NCBI RefSeq assembly: GCF_001194135.2
Contig: NC_069004.1
Coordinates: 2,289,058-2,353,057 of the forward strand
Source of the DNA: Octopus bimaculoides
Lineage: Eukaryota
Length of the DNA stretch: 64,000 nucleotides
Reading direction: 5' to 3'
Translations under genes and position numbers: made by a program
Shown: positions 26,284-38,434 of the stretch, one piece after another
Layout of the letters: the number at the start of each line of letters is the position of its first letter
Numbering within the stretch: position 1 is the first letter of the stretch
The notes under the pieces: generated by a model
The model's input: only the letters and a program-made list of their open reading frames with translations
Database searches by the model: none
Told to the model about the DNA's origin: nothing

Positions 26284-29200
26284 GGGTGGCAAGCTGCCAG
26301 AGTCGTTAGCATGCTGGGCAAAATGCTTAGTGGTATTTTGTCTGTCTTTATGTTCTGAGTTCAAATTCTACCAAGATCACCTTTGCCTTTTCATCTTTTT
26401 GCAGTCGGTAAATTAAGTACCATTGAAACACCGGGATCATGTAATCGACCAGTGCCCCCCCCCCAAAAAAAAACATTTCAGGCCTTGCGTCTTGAGTAGA
26501 AAGGATTATTATTATTATTATTATTCATTTTGTTCATGTACAAGTATGGGTGTATTCATCATTATTATTTTATTTATTTTATTCAATTTTGGAAAAATGG
26601 AGACAAGTCTTCAACAACCCTGGAGTGTATTTAACTTATCTTTTTGCCTGACTTTTGGCTCACCCTGTATATTCATATCTGTAGATTACAACTAATCCTA
26701 ATTAATCAAAGATATATTTCTTCATTTACAGACCACAAGTGAACACTAGTCCTCCTGTTACTTCAATTAGTGAAGACATGAAATGTCTGAAGCGACCCCC
26801 TGACATTCGCTTCAAGGATTACCCTTTGCCCTCGGAGAACGTAATCTATGTTGTCCCCACTTACATCGATGATGATGGGACTATATTTGCTCATGAATGT
26901 CATAAAGGTAAAAGGGCTTCTTTTGTGAGGCACAGTGTATGAATCTGACTTCAAACTGCACCTCTCTCATAATACACATCTCTTACTTCACCTCTCTCAT
27001 ATTATATCTCTTACTGCATCTCGTACTACACTTTGCTCACTACACCTCTCTCTTATATTAAATCTTACTGCACCTTCCACTGCACCCATCCCTCACATTA
27101 AACATCTCTCATATTACTCTTCTCCTACTACACCTCCCTCTATCATATTACACTTTTCTTACTACCCCCCTCTCTCTCTCATATTAACTCTTCTACTACA
27201 CTACTCTTACTATATCCCTCTCTTTCATGTTATGTCTCTTACTCCATCTTTCATACTATGCACCCTCCACATTAAACATCTCTCATACTGCACCTCTCTC
27301 AATCTGTATTTCCCTCTTCTTGCATCTCTACCACTCTCACTACACCACCTCCCTCAGCATTACCACCACCACCACCACCATGTCCAGTTGATCTTTATAT
27401 TTCTCTCCACTTTCCTAAATGTAACAAGAGAAGGTATTGAAGTGAGACCATTATTCATTCCATTCCAGACGAGACGTCCCCATTGGAAGAACTAAACAAG
27501 TTACTCCTTGCTCACTACCCTAACCACCTTGCTGAGCACATGGAACCGATTTGCTGGGAGATTGGTGATTCCTGCCTATGTTTCTATGAAGCTGAGAAAG
27601 TCTGGGCTCGTGCTACAATATTAGCCGTGCAAGAATTAATCAAGGTAAGGAATAAAGTGCAGATACAATGGTAATTAGAAAGGTCCTTGTCACATTTTTC
27701 TTCCTTTTTCTCTTTTTCTTTATATTTTTGTTTCCCCTAATTCAAAGTCTCTTCATCATCATCATCACCATCACCTTTTAACTTCCATTTTCCTTGCTGG
27801 CATGAATTGGATGGTTTGACATGGTGCTGACTGGCCAGCCGGGAGCTATCCAGACTCCAGTTGTCTGTTCTGGCATCGTTTCCACAGCTTGATGCCCTTC
27901 CTAACGGAATGGTGATGGAAGCGTGTTATTACACATCAAACTATAACAAATGTATCCTACTTTCACATATTTGTCCTCTGGTTCTCATCTAAGCATTACA
28001 CATATCCTCCAGTATTACATGTCTCCGCATTACCCACCCAACCAAACATTAAACATTTACATACAGGTATTACGACTGTTTACATTGTTTCGTTCTACAG
28101 GTTCGTTACATTGACTATGGAAACCACGACATGGTTACACCGAACAAACTGCGACCTGATATTGAACCTGTTGCACATTTACCTCCCCTCTGTCTTCACA
28201 TGAAACTTCATGGCATAGTTCCGGTAAGAAGCATCTGTTGTTATTATTATTATTATTATTATTGTTATTATTAAGGCAGCAAGCTGGCAGAATCGAGTTC
28301 TAACATAGAGGCCTACTCAAAGTATAAGCGTATGCAGGGGGCATTGGAGGAGATGGCATGATATGATACGTAGTCACAGGTATTGTTTTTATTAGTTTAC
28401 AAAAACAGGATAATGCAGTAGATAGGAAAGTGGTGTGGGGTTAAAGGTTGCAAGTGCATGATGGGTAAGGTTGCAGGAAGGAGATAATCATGAGATTGTT
28501 GATGAAATGTCTCCCTGTTTTCTGTAGGTTTCTGGCAAATGGACCTCAAATATCTTGGACATCATGCATGGCATCATTGTTGGGAAACTGTGTGGAATTC
28601 AGCAAATGGTAAGTGATTTCAGTCAGAATTTTTATTTCTTGTAGAATATTTGGCTTTGATAAACCATCTTAATGTTGGCAGTATGAAGAGGCTGATACAT
28701 TAGGTAGGTGCTGGGTTCAAATTCTGGCAGAATAGCCTGGTTGCTATTATTGATTATTTTGGGGCTTTTTTGTGCAAGCTAAATATTGTTGCTTAGCCCT
28801 TGATCAATCCTGTTCCAGCAAATCAAATGATCAAAAATTTTCCAACCTCATTTTATCTTTCATTAAGACATCATATATCTAGAGAATAATTCAGAACATC
28901 CATGCTCACTGGTGGAGAGTCTATTCAAGATCTAAATAGAAATAATTATGCTGCTGAGGTGGGAAAAATATTAGTCATCGACTAATATTTGTTCCTTATT
29001 TTTCAGCAAGTATGGGTGACAACTCCAGACATGTTTCGGTATTCTTCTGACCTCATCAGTGATGAAACAGCCACTGCATAAATGTTAAAGATTGTGTTGT
29101 GTTTGATATAGAAATATAAAATTGTGTAGTAATTAAATGTTTCAGAGAAGCCAGACAATACATAAGTTAGTATTAATGTGTTTAATAAAATGGAGCATTT

Positions 29201-32200
29201 ATCATCATTATCATTTGATGTCTGTTGTCCATGGTGGCATGGGTTGGATGGTTTGACCAGGGCTGGTAAGCTGGAAGGCTGTGCCAGGATCCAGTCTGAT
29301 TTGGCATGGTTTTCTATGGTTGGATGCCTTTCCTAACAATAACTACTCTGAGAGTGTAATGGGTGCCATTTGCGTGACACCAGTATCTGCCATGATTGAT
29401 ATTGTTCTGCTTGATGGGTTTTCTTCTCAAGCATAACATAATGCCAAAGGTCTCGGTCATTGCCTCTGTGAGGCCCGACTCTCGAAAGGAACTCAGCCAA
29501 AAGGTTAATAAAAGGTGCAAGTTTGTGATTTTAATAATGTGTGTGTATTATGTGGATTTTTACATTTCTGTGTTTTATTAATTTCTGTGGATTTTTAGAA
29601 GGACATGATGGTATTTTAAATACCATAGTGATTGAAAATTTAACATTCTTCAAAGCATATGTTATTTGTGTACCATATTATTTCCATTAGTCATCAAGAG
29701 AAAACGGAACATGTGAGGTTCGTTTGATAGATCCAGACGGTCAAGAATTGGGAGAACTTCTCTGTGATAAAAACTACACTTACCAAAAATATAGTCTCAC
29801 TTTCTTAGAAGAACAAAGCGAAAAGATTGCACATATGTTGGAGGTTTGTTTCAAAAGCTTTTTCTCATCATCATCATCATCATTTTAACGTTTGCTTTTC
29901 CATGTTTGCATGAGTTGGAGGGAATTTGTTGAGGCAGTTTTCTATGACTGGACGACTTTCCTGTTGCCAACCCTCACCTGTTTCCAAGTGAGGTAACATT
30001 ACCCTGTAACTGGAGACCAGGTATCTTTCCATAAAACTTTGGAAACGCCAACACCTGTTTACAACTATCATCTTATGTCAAGGCGTAGTGCAAGTAACAT
30101 ATATGCATGTGTGTGTATACATGTTCTTTTATTCTTTTGTTTGTTTCAGTCATTTGACTGTGGCCATGCTGGAGCACTGCCTTTAGTGGAACAAATCGAC
30201 CCTAAGACTTATTCTTTGTAAGCCTAGTACTTATTCTATCGGTCTCTTTTGTTGAAACACTAAGTTATGCAGATGAATTTAGTACACAGAGATAAAAGTA
30301 CACTGTTGCCAATATTTTTTTCCTGTTTTTCAGACATGCAATCCATACAAGAACATGAAGTCCACTTTGAACAAGTCTATTCCTGTTTTAGTGACACATG
30401 TCGAACTACCAAATGTGGTAAGTATTCCTTGACATTAGATGTCCAAATCTATTTTCTCTCATCATCATCATCATCATTTAACATCCACTTTCTATGCTGG
30501 CATAGGTTAGACAGTTTGACATGGACAGATGAATTAGAGGCTCCATCAAATTCTATTTCTGCTTTGGTGTGTTTTCTAAAGCTGGATGCCCTTCTTAACA
30601 CCAATCACTCAACATGTGTCGTGGGTTTAAGAATAGGTATTTGTGTATGAGTGTGTATCTGTGTTCAAGTCCATTTGCCTTGAGATCACACCCTAATTGT
30701 GAACATATTACACATGTACTGTCATTTGTTTGCAGTCTTTCATCAAATGGCAATGGGGGTCCACCAGAATAAAACTCCAATCTAAGGGGTCCACTGATAA
30801 GAAATAGTTGAGAACCCCTACTTTAGATGTATGTGTTGGTATGTATAGCAAGAAACAGCTAGGTTTCTTTCTCTACCATTTTACAGAGTTCATAATAAGT
30901 TAATGTGTGAAAAACAAAATAGGGATTTTGGAAGAAGTGTCTGTAAAACTAGTTTTTAAACATTGAATGGCTATAGGGGTCCACCAGAATAAAATAGTAG
31001 AATCAAAGGGATCTACAGATGAAAAATGGTTGAGAACCTCTGCTTTAGACAAACAAATTGACTTCCAGTACTTTTGTAAGTCTGATATGTACTCTATGGG
31101 TCTCTTTTGCCAAACTGCTGAACTACTGGGATGTAAACAAACTAGCACCAGTTGTCAAGCAAAAAGAGAGAACAAACACAAAGACATACACACGTATTAT
31201 GTATGATGAGCTTCCACACAGTTTCCATCTTCAAAGATCACTTACAGGGTGTTATTTTAGTCCTAGGCTATAGCAGAAGACACTTGCCCAAATAGCCACA
31301 TTGTGGTTGTAAAGTAAGCTCGTTAACCACACAGCCATTATTTAGTTATTCATTTTTTTTTTATATTTCTATTTTCTGTGTCAGATATATTTCCAAAATT
31401 CCCAAAGGTCCAGCAGTGATGAGGAAAGTCATCGGATAAACTCGCAGCTTCTCCAGCTTGAAGAGATGTCAGTTGAACTCAACGAATATGCGGTTTCTGC
31501 TCCTCCGATTAAAAAGACAGTTGTTGGTGAGTTAACAGCTTCTTTGCTAATTCACTAGGTTTTTGGTAAATCACCATCATCATCATCATTTAAAATTTGC
31601 TTGGTTTCTGCGGCTGGATGCCCTTCCTAATGCCAACCACTCTGAGAGTATAGAGGGTGATTTTTACGTGCCACCGGCACAAGGGCCAGTCAGGCTTACT
31701 GGCATTGACCATGCTTGACTAGTGCTTTTTACGTGTTACCAGCACAGGAACCAGTCAAGTGGCACATATATATATATATATTCTTTTATTCTTTTACTTG
31801 TTTCAGTCATTTGACTGTGGCCTTGCTGGAGCACCACCTTTAGTTTCAGCACATGACCTCAGATCAAGACACTTGCTATGCAAGTACATCTCCAGAACAT
31901 ATTCTGTTGCAGGTAAAGCATGTTGCTGTCAGTTTACAGTGGATGACTGTTGGTACCGAAGTGTTATTGCTGATGTTAAACAGACCGATATGTTGGTTCT
32001 CTATGTTGACTATGGGACGTCGGAATATATTGATAGGTCAAGGTAAGAAACTTTTCAAAACATTCTCTTTTATTGGGAGTGGGAAGCAGAAGGCAGATTT
32101 TCTATGGCTTGATACCCTTTCTGTTGCCAAGCTTCACCTGTTTTCAAATAAGGTAATATTTTCTCCATGGATGGGTATGTTTTCAAGAAGATTGGTAATA

Positions 32201-32645
32201 GATGACAATCATACGAGATCAAGGCAAAGAGACACCAACCCATACTTAAGCCTGCATACACACACACACACACACACACACACGTTCATGTACATATATA
32301 TATAGTGTATATAAATTACAGTATGTGTGTGTATAATGACTAATACATTTCCACAATTCTCAACCGATTTTCACCAAACTGTACACACACATCACTCATG
32401 TCCTGCAGATGGTCATGCACTATAACATTTTGCCCAGAGCTCCCACATAAATGGACATAGGTTTTTGTGTGCAAGGTCTTCCATACTTTTTTAATCCCTT
32501 TATAAAAGTGGAAGGATTTTGTCTATTTATTTATTTCAACTGCCACCAGTGACAGTGATTAAATTGACTAGGAATACTGAATGCATACATTTCCAAAATT
32601 CTCATAGATAACATAGATAAACAATGTTGGAAACCAAAACGAAAT

Positions 32646-32686
<41 letters not shown>

Positions 32687-34312
32687 ACCGGTTTTGAACT
32701 TCCATCTACCAAATCAGAAGGCTTTGGTTGGCCCAGAGACACCAAAGTGCCATGGGGTGAGGCTGAACCCAGAACCAAGTGGTTGGGAAGCAAGCTTTTT
32801 AACCACCCAGCCATGCCTGCATAGAGTTTGTAGTATGTGACATGGTTATCCAGTGAGTGAGAACTGCATGGTTTGTGTCCAGTTAGTCTTTTCTTTTTCT
32901 CAAACGAATACTTACAATGTCTAATGTTTCAAGCTCTTAACAGTTAATTATGATGTGGAAATGTTTCAGGATTCGGGAAATCTCACAGAAGTTTCTAAAG
33001 TTACCCTCACAGGCTGTGCGCTGCGTTGTGAAGGGCATGAAGCCCTCAGATGAATCATATCAGTGGACTGAGGAAGCAATGAAGGGTGTTATTGATTCTG
33101 TCGTTAACAAAGAACTTGATGCAGTTTTACAGGTGAGGCTAATATGAAAGAGGGTTTTGCTGTGTGTGTGTGTGTGTGTGATTATGTAAAAGACTGTAAC
33201 TGTTTCAATTTTTGGACCAGATGATGTGTTGTTTTCTTGAGCAAAACACTTCATTTCATGTTGTTCCAGTTCACTCAGCCGGCAAAAATGAGTAATCCTG
33301 CAATGGACCGGCATCCCATTCAGGAATTTATGTGTCATGAAACCAGGGAAACCAGCCCTTATGAGTCTAGCATGGCTCAAGAAGAAAACTTTACCTTACT
33401 TATCTTTTAAGCCCTAACACATCTTTTCTCTCTTTTCCAACTGAGGGCACTATGTATCTCCACTACAAAAGGTATTCATTTCTGTTCTATCATACTTTAG
33501 CCTCTTATCACCTGGCATAGAGACTCCTCCCTCAGTTCTACTTCCCCACTCTGTTGTGAGGTCTTGCAAGTTACTTGGTAACCTCACTGGTGCTGGTGCC
33601 ACATAAAAAGCACCCAGTCTATCAGGTGGTTGGTATTAGGAAGGACATCCAGCCTTAGAAACCATGCCAAAGTAGGCAGTAGAGATTGGTGCAGTCCTCT
33701 GATTTGAAAGCTCCTGTTAAGCTGTCCAACTGGTACCATCATAGGAAATGGTTGTTAATGGTGAAAGAAGCTTTGTGGAATGTGTAATATTAGTATGTAT
33801 GAGTGATGTAATACAGATGAGCTGAGAGAAAAACTGGGTTTAGTAGAAACCAGAAATGGTGTACAAGAGAAGCTGTAGCATGAAAATTGTTGAATAAAGA
33901 AGAACTAGGAGACTTCAGTGGAGGGAAATTTGAGAAAGAGGGGATAAACCAGAAATGGGTGAGAGCTGATCTCATGATGTTGAACTTCATGAAGGAGATG
34001 AAAAAAGGGACACTTCAAATGAAGGCATGGAAAATCAAACAGGAAAACGATGATGTTGATGATGATGATAAATGCACTCAAGACAGTGTATGACTGTCAT
34101 TAACTCTAAATGTGTGGGTGTGTGTATGTGCATACATAATTACAAACGATCGTATGGCTGTTGAATTATCATGCATAATTATTTCTATTTTTCAGAAGAC
34201 TCAACAGCCTTGGCATCAAGTTCAGCTGTTTGACCCAGCTGCAGGATCTACCATTGCTTACCAAAGTGTTATAGATTCTGAACTTGTAAGCTATGAAAGG
34301 GACTCCCCATAA
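466..34312 (+). CDS. RNF17: RING finger protein 17 (TDRD4/qin/kumo-like; RING, 2x B-box, coiled coil, 5x extended Tudor), spliced, about 1500 aa visible
   Basis: Exons with GT-AG ends and consistent phases: 466-517, 2193-2305, 3412-3515, 4318-4382, 5348-5433, 6376-6443, 7279-7420, 8081-8161, 9051-9151, 10286-10352, 10703-10751, 11571-11700, 11954-12025, 12736-12848, 13674-13751, 13901-14065, 15203-15362, 16308-16392, 16885-16956, 17068-17197 (or 17221), 18241-18347, 18862-18964, 19820-19995, 20293-20352, 21251-21308, 22001-22106, 22771-22858, 23535-23698, 24330-24492, 25039-25248, [gap], 26732-26907, 27469-27644, 28101-28223, 28528-28608, 29691-29843, 30334-30417, 31385-31526, 31913-32042, 32970-33132, 34196-34312 (TAA). 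RING: CPAC...CCGHTFCESC...CPKC. B-boxes: CFECHQVSADIECLQCDVAMCNQC and CLVHKNRILEYYCQDDKVNICSRCVIIGKHKGH. Five Tudor cores with W(Y/A)R and (V/I)D(Y/F)G motifs. This architecture is characteristic of RNF17/Qin. Confidence 0.92.
1803..1886. mobile_element. Degenerate, truncated relative of the 55488 MITE containing (CCCTAA)n
   Basis: gtaaatcttgagattaacacctgcacgatt matches the TIR of the 55488 MITE; it is followed by aaccctaaccctaacccc and a partial right TIR agtgaaaatcgtgcag cut by a SINE. Confidence 0.65.
2603..2958. mobile_element. hAT (Charlie-like) MITE
   Basis: Terminal CAAAGGTTCTCAA / TTGAGCACCTTTG; 8-bp flanks ATGTATAC and ATATATAC (7/8 identical). Confidence 0.65.
5348..7420 (+). other. 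RNF17: Two B-box zinc fingers of RNF17 (exons 5-7)
   Basis: Cys/His spacing CxxC...CxxC...CxxC...H...H followed by CxxH...CxxD...CxxC...H..H across exons 5348-5433, 6376-6443 and 7279-7420. Confidence 0.85.
5721..5965. mobile_element. SINE/interspersed repeat family C (GACTGGAGCAA(C/T)GTGAAAT.AAGTG...GCTCAAG)
   Basis: Shared core also at about 12075-12305, 14200-14460, 21000-21175, 33190-33380 and 41860-42170. Confidence 0.65.
8391..8939. mobile_element. Cluster of piggyBac-like MITEs (TTAA-CCC...GGG-TTAA)
   Basis: Copy 8391-8570 is flanked by TTAA on both sides; a second copy at 8602-8939 spans a 10-N gap. The same family occurs at about 3770-4258. Confidence 0.75.
14852..15101. mobile_element. 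hAT (Charlie-like) MITE
   Basis: TIRs CAGTGATTCTCAACC / GGTTAAGAAACACTG; TSD is degenerate. Related ends occur near 30770-31045. Confidence 0.55.
16627..16826 (+). mobile_element. SINE family B (AAGG..GCAAGCTGGCAGAATCGTTAGCAC...), representative copy
   Basis: Recurrent about 200-bp element, usually preceded by (ATT)n. Copies at about 5985-6205(-), 8223-8350, 13090-13282(-), 19260-19460, 20500-20900, 22330-22460(-), 24721-24926(-), 26282-26490, 45605-45790(-), 63800-64000. Confidence 0.8.
22533..22705. repeat. Degenerate minisatellite (about 21-23-bp unit ctgtaacactatatagtgacag)
   Basis: About 8 imperfect copies of tgtaaca(c/t)t.tat..tgaca. Confidence 0.55.
23965..24185. mobile_element. mariner-like MITE
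   Basis: Inverted ends gaggagctgttgaaaagtttctggcttt / aaagccagaaactttttagcaccccttcata, typical of mariner TIRs. Confidence 0.55.
25305..26177. other. Assembly gap (N run). Other gaps: 8730-8739, 35441-35450, 43200-43731, 44460-44674, 46478-47207, 55781-56319, 58898-58935
   Basis: N characters; most gaps abut (TA)n tracts. Confidence 1.
26940..27365. repeat. Degenerate pyrimidine-rich minisatellite (about 21-23-bp unit, tacacctctctcatatta...cttact)
   Basis: Recurring cacctctctc(t/a)tatta..tct(c)ttact units in an RNF17 intron. Confidence 0.6.
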
Positions 34313-34335
34313 GAAATTCTCTCTTGTAGGCGGGG

Positions 34336-34341
34336 AATAAA
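34336..34341 (+). promoter_or_regulatory. Candidate polyadenylation signal of RNF17 (further AATAAA near 34671-34681)
   Basis: AATAAA about 24 nt after the stop codon; which site is used cannot be determined from sequence. Confidence 0.35.
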
Positions 34342-35065
34342 AGTCACATTTGGATTAAAATGTCAAACAGTTCTTCCCTGTAAAGGAAACTTGTTTCAGA
34401 ATTCAAAATACAAAAAATATAACATCAAAAAGTTTCTCGAAAAGTAACTAAAAAGAATTTGAAATGAGAGGGAAAAAAATTTCATTCAATTAGAATGTTT
34501 AACTTTCCCTGACAACATTTCTGGATATAAGCGTTCACTTCTGAACTGGCAAAGAGAATGGTGTTTGTTGTATATTTATTTTTAATTTGATTTTGTTTAA
34601 TTTGGAACATGAAAGTTAAAGATCGTTGCAGTATTATTAAGTTAAGAGGAATTAACCACTAATCTGACATAATAAAATAAAAGAGTTTATTTTATATTGA
34701 AGAGAGGGGGAGACATTGGTGGTTATTCCATCATCCCTTAATGCTAATTCTCAATTTTTAAAAGGGTTCCTTTCTCCTTCCTTTCGAGAAAAGGAACCAC
34801 TTCACAAGTCAAAAACTGGCGTTTCATTACTCGATTACTCTCTGTCTTCCAGATCCTAATATTATTGCATAAACTCATGTTATCCCTAATTGACAAAGCC
34901 TGTGATCAAAGAGGATCTTAAAGAGATTAACACGTAATACGAGAGTAAAACGCAAAGCTTGACCATTGACATTTCAACTTTAAGGGAGATAACTTTGAAT
35001 TTCCTTTTCAAGCAAAAAAGGCATTGCCATATTTTGTGGAATGGTTTTGGTTAAAATGTTTCTTT

Positions 35066-35086
35066 GTGTGTGTGTGTGTGTGTATG

Positions 35087-35130
<44 letters not shown>

Positions 35131-35396
35131 TATGTGTATATAGATATGTGTATGTATATATATACACACATATATATATAGATATATGTATATATATACA
35201 TATATGTATATATATAAATGCATAAATGTATATGTGTGTGTATGTATATATATATATACATATATGTGTATGTATATGTGTGTATGTATATATATATATA
35301 TATATATATGCATATATATATACATGTGTATGTATATGTGTGTATGTATGTATGTATATGTATATATATGTATATGTATATATATGTATATGTATA

Positions 35397-35427
<31 letters not shown>

Positions 35428-35450
35428 GCATATATATATANNNNNNNNNN

Positions 35451-35492
<42 letters not shown>

Positions 35493-35563
35493 TATATATA
35501 TATACATGTGTATGTATATGTGTGTATATATATATGAATGTGTATGTATATATATATATATAA
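35066..35563. repeat. Compound (TG)n/(TA)n/(TATG)n microsatellite, about 500 bp, with a 10-N gap
   Basis: Directly visible; source of the spurious IY/HT-rich ORFs at 34980-35697. Confidence 0.95.
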
Positions 35564-37571
35564 AGAAAGTTATCTGTGAAATTCTTGATTTCTCTATATT
35601 CTAATAAAACAATTCCTGCAAGCCTTTGTGAATAAAAGAAAAAAAAAACTTTTGGAAGGAAAAATAATTTGTTGACTTTATTTGTTGTCATCATCATCTT
35701 ATTGTTGTTGATGTTTATGTTGGCATCATTGTTGCCTCCACTTCGCCATCTTTACAAAGATCAGATGGAATTTATCAAGGTAGGTTTTCTGTGGCCAGAA
35801 GCCCGTCCTGCTGCCAGTCCTCACCTGTTTCCATCATCGTTTAACGTCCGCTTTCCATGCTGGCATGGGTTGGACGATTTGACTGAGGACTGGTGAAACC
35901 GGATGGCTACACCAGGCTCCAATCTGATCTGGCAGAGTTTCTACATCTGGATGCCCTTCCTAACGCCAACCACTCCGAGAGTGTAGTGAGTGCTTTTTAT
36001 GTGCCACCGGCACACACACACACATCGCTTGACAACCGATGCTGGTATGTTTACATCCTCATAACTTAGTGGTTCGGCAAAAGAAACCAATAGAATAAGT
36101 ACTAAAAGGGGGTGCTCCAGCATGGCCGCAGTCAAATGACTGAAACAAAGTAAAAGAGTATATACACATGACAGGTTCCTTTTAGTTTCCGTCTGCCAAA
36201 TCCACTCACAAGGTCTTTGTTGGCCCCTGGGCTACAGTAGAAGACAGTTGCTAAGGTGCCATGCAGTGGGAGTGAACTTGGAACCATCTGGTTGGGAAGC
36301 TAACTTCTTACCATAGTCATGTCTGCACCTAGCCACACACAGATACGCACACACATAGAATGTCATTCTCCATGAATGGACTATCGCATGTTGTCACAAG
36401 GTTAACCCTCTCAGATGTCACTGATGCTTACATACATATATGTGTAAAAATATATAGTGAATAAAAATGACCAAAAGGAATCGAAATCGTTTGGGATATA
36501 TACCAAAAAATCAAAATACAAAAAGTTCCCAAGAAATGGGGACGTTTATCCGTGGAAAGAAAAACCTACGAAAAGACCACGGTAAACTCGGGCAATAATG
36601 TTATATTTTAACAAATTTATTTACAAAAAATGTTGTTTAAGAGGTACCCTTGTTTGCAAAGGGCCCCAAGCCACGCGCATTCACACAACCAATCTTGACC
36701 ATGATCCTATTGAGTTGTGTGCTTTAAAAACACAAACGAAACGAACAGAGAGTTACTGTTCGAAAGTTCAGTTTCCTTCTCTGGTTTGCCACCAAGGAGG
36801 CTACTGTACAGTTTTTTACATAAATATTTTTGACATCCCCCTACCGCATTGGGGTAGAGGGATTTTAGTGTGTGTTACAATGTCGGTGAAATATGGTAAA
36901 TTTTGATGTGTTCTGGCAGTGTTTGTATGGGTGGTTGCTCGTTTATGATTTACTAGAAATATATTTATATAATACACACACACACGTGTGTGTAGGAATA
37001 TATGTGAAATATATATATATATATATATATATAGATAGATATAGATAGATATAGATATAGATATAGATGTATACATTTGAGAAATTTGAAAAGAAAATAC
37101 GAAACTGGTTATTTCTTCTAAAACAATGTCAGTACACACAAAATTTTATAAAATTTTTCAAACATGACGATTTAAATATATTCTTTAACCTTATAATACA
37201 AGTCTTCTGTAGTTTTTTTTTTTTCATTCTATTTTCTCTTTAATACATTTATATATATATATACACATATATATACTTAGTGCGTGTGTGTGTGTACAAA
37301 ATAAGTATAGGTGACAAATCTATGGAAGTTGTCAATTCTTATGGGAGACATTACAAGTCTAGAGTAAACATCAATGATAAACAAATCAAAGATGTAATAT
37401 CACATGGTATCGATTTTTCTTATTTTCAATCACTGGAGAATTCGACAACTCTCATTAACATCCCTTAATTTGTTTGTCCACAAATTAATCAGTATGTAGT
37501 TTCAGAAGTTATTTATTTTTTTAAATTTAGGGATATTTTCTTTGCTGTTTCTTATTTTGGTCTTTTGTTAT

Positions 37572-37612
<41 letters not shown>

Positions 37613-37829
37613 AAAACTTGATATTTCATTTTAATTCTTCGTAAACAATGGTGAAGTCGTTAAACTTTGGAGTGCTGGGTGTGTCTTGGAAAAGGGAATG
37701 TGGAAGCATGACGGAGGTGATGTTGTGTATGGTAAATACATAGATCATGCTGTTCAACAGACAAATACAGTAAAAAATATAGATGCGTACTTGTCTGTCT
37801 GTCCGTCCGTCCATCTGTCTATATGTATG

Positions 37830-38240
37830 TACTCTTTTACTTGTTTCAGTCATTTGACTGTGGCCATGCTGGAGCACCACCTTTAGTCAAGCAAATCGAC
37901 CCCAGGACTTATTCTTTGAAAGCCTAGTACTTATTCTAACGTTCTCTTTTGCCAAACCGCTAAGTTACGGGGGACGTAAACACACCAACATCGGTTGTCA
38001 AGCGATGTTGGGGTGGAGGGACAAACATATACACACACACATACATACATACATACATATATATATATATATGTATGACCGGCTTCTTTCAGTTTCCGTC
38101 TACCAAATCCACTCACAAGGCTTTGGTCAGCCCGAGGCTATAGTAGAAGACACTTGCCCAAGGTGCCACGCAGTGTGACTGAACCCGGAACCATGTGGTT
38201 GGTAAGCAAGCTACTTTACCACACAGCCACTCCTACGCCT
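37830..38240 (-). mobile_element. Near full-length tRNA-derived SINE (family A)
   Basis: Head AGGCGTAGGAGTGGCTGTGTGGTAA...GGTTCCGGGTTCAGTCAC with Pol III A/B-box-like motifs, an internal (TG)/(TA) microsatellite, and a conserved 3' body. More than 15 partial copies, e.g. 3601-3730, 7555-7730, 15470-15775, 17262-17720, 23790-23945, 32690-32822, 44675-44910, 49105-49270, 60100-60250, 62812-63187. Confidence 0.85.
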
Positions 38241-38399
38241 ATGTATGTATGTATGTATACAATCATCTCCATGAATTAATTCTTTTATATATTTCAACAT
38301 CTCTCCTCCATTGTTAAACAAAATTGTTGAGTTTTATGGGATTTCTATCCAATGTGTGTGTGTGTGTATATATATTATATATGTATGTATGTATGTTTG

Positions 38400-38434
<35 letters not shown>

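Larger units (their letters stand above)
13901..34312 (+). other. RNF17: Five extended Tudor (eTud) domains of RNF17
   Basis: Core exons: 15203-15362 (NWYRARV...YVDYGNSE), 19820-19995 (MWYRAKV...YVDYGNTE), 24330-25248 (SWYRARV...FVDFGNTE), 27469-28223 (VWARATI...YIDYGNHD), 31913-32042 (CWYRSVI...YVDYGTSE). Each is preceded by an SN-like strand such as VTHLRNPSDFMVQ or VTHAESPLHFYIQ. Confidence 0.88.

Noticed and set aside
24976-26364. Long ORFs of 300-400 aa in the track (also 43178-43783, 46366-47274, 55730-56408)
   Set aside because: They consist of X residues translated from N runs.
34980-35697. ORFs rich in I/Y/H/T/C/V
   Set aside because: Translations of (TA)n/(TG)n microsatellite.
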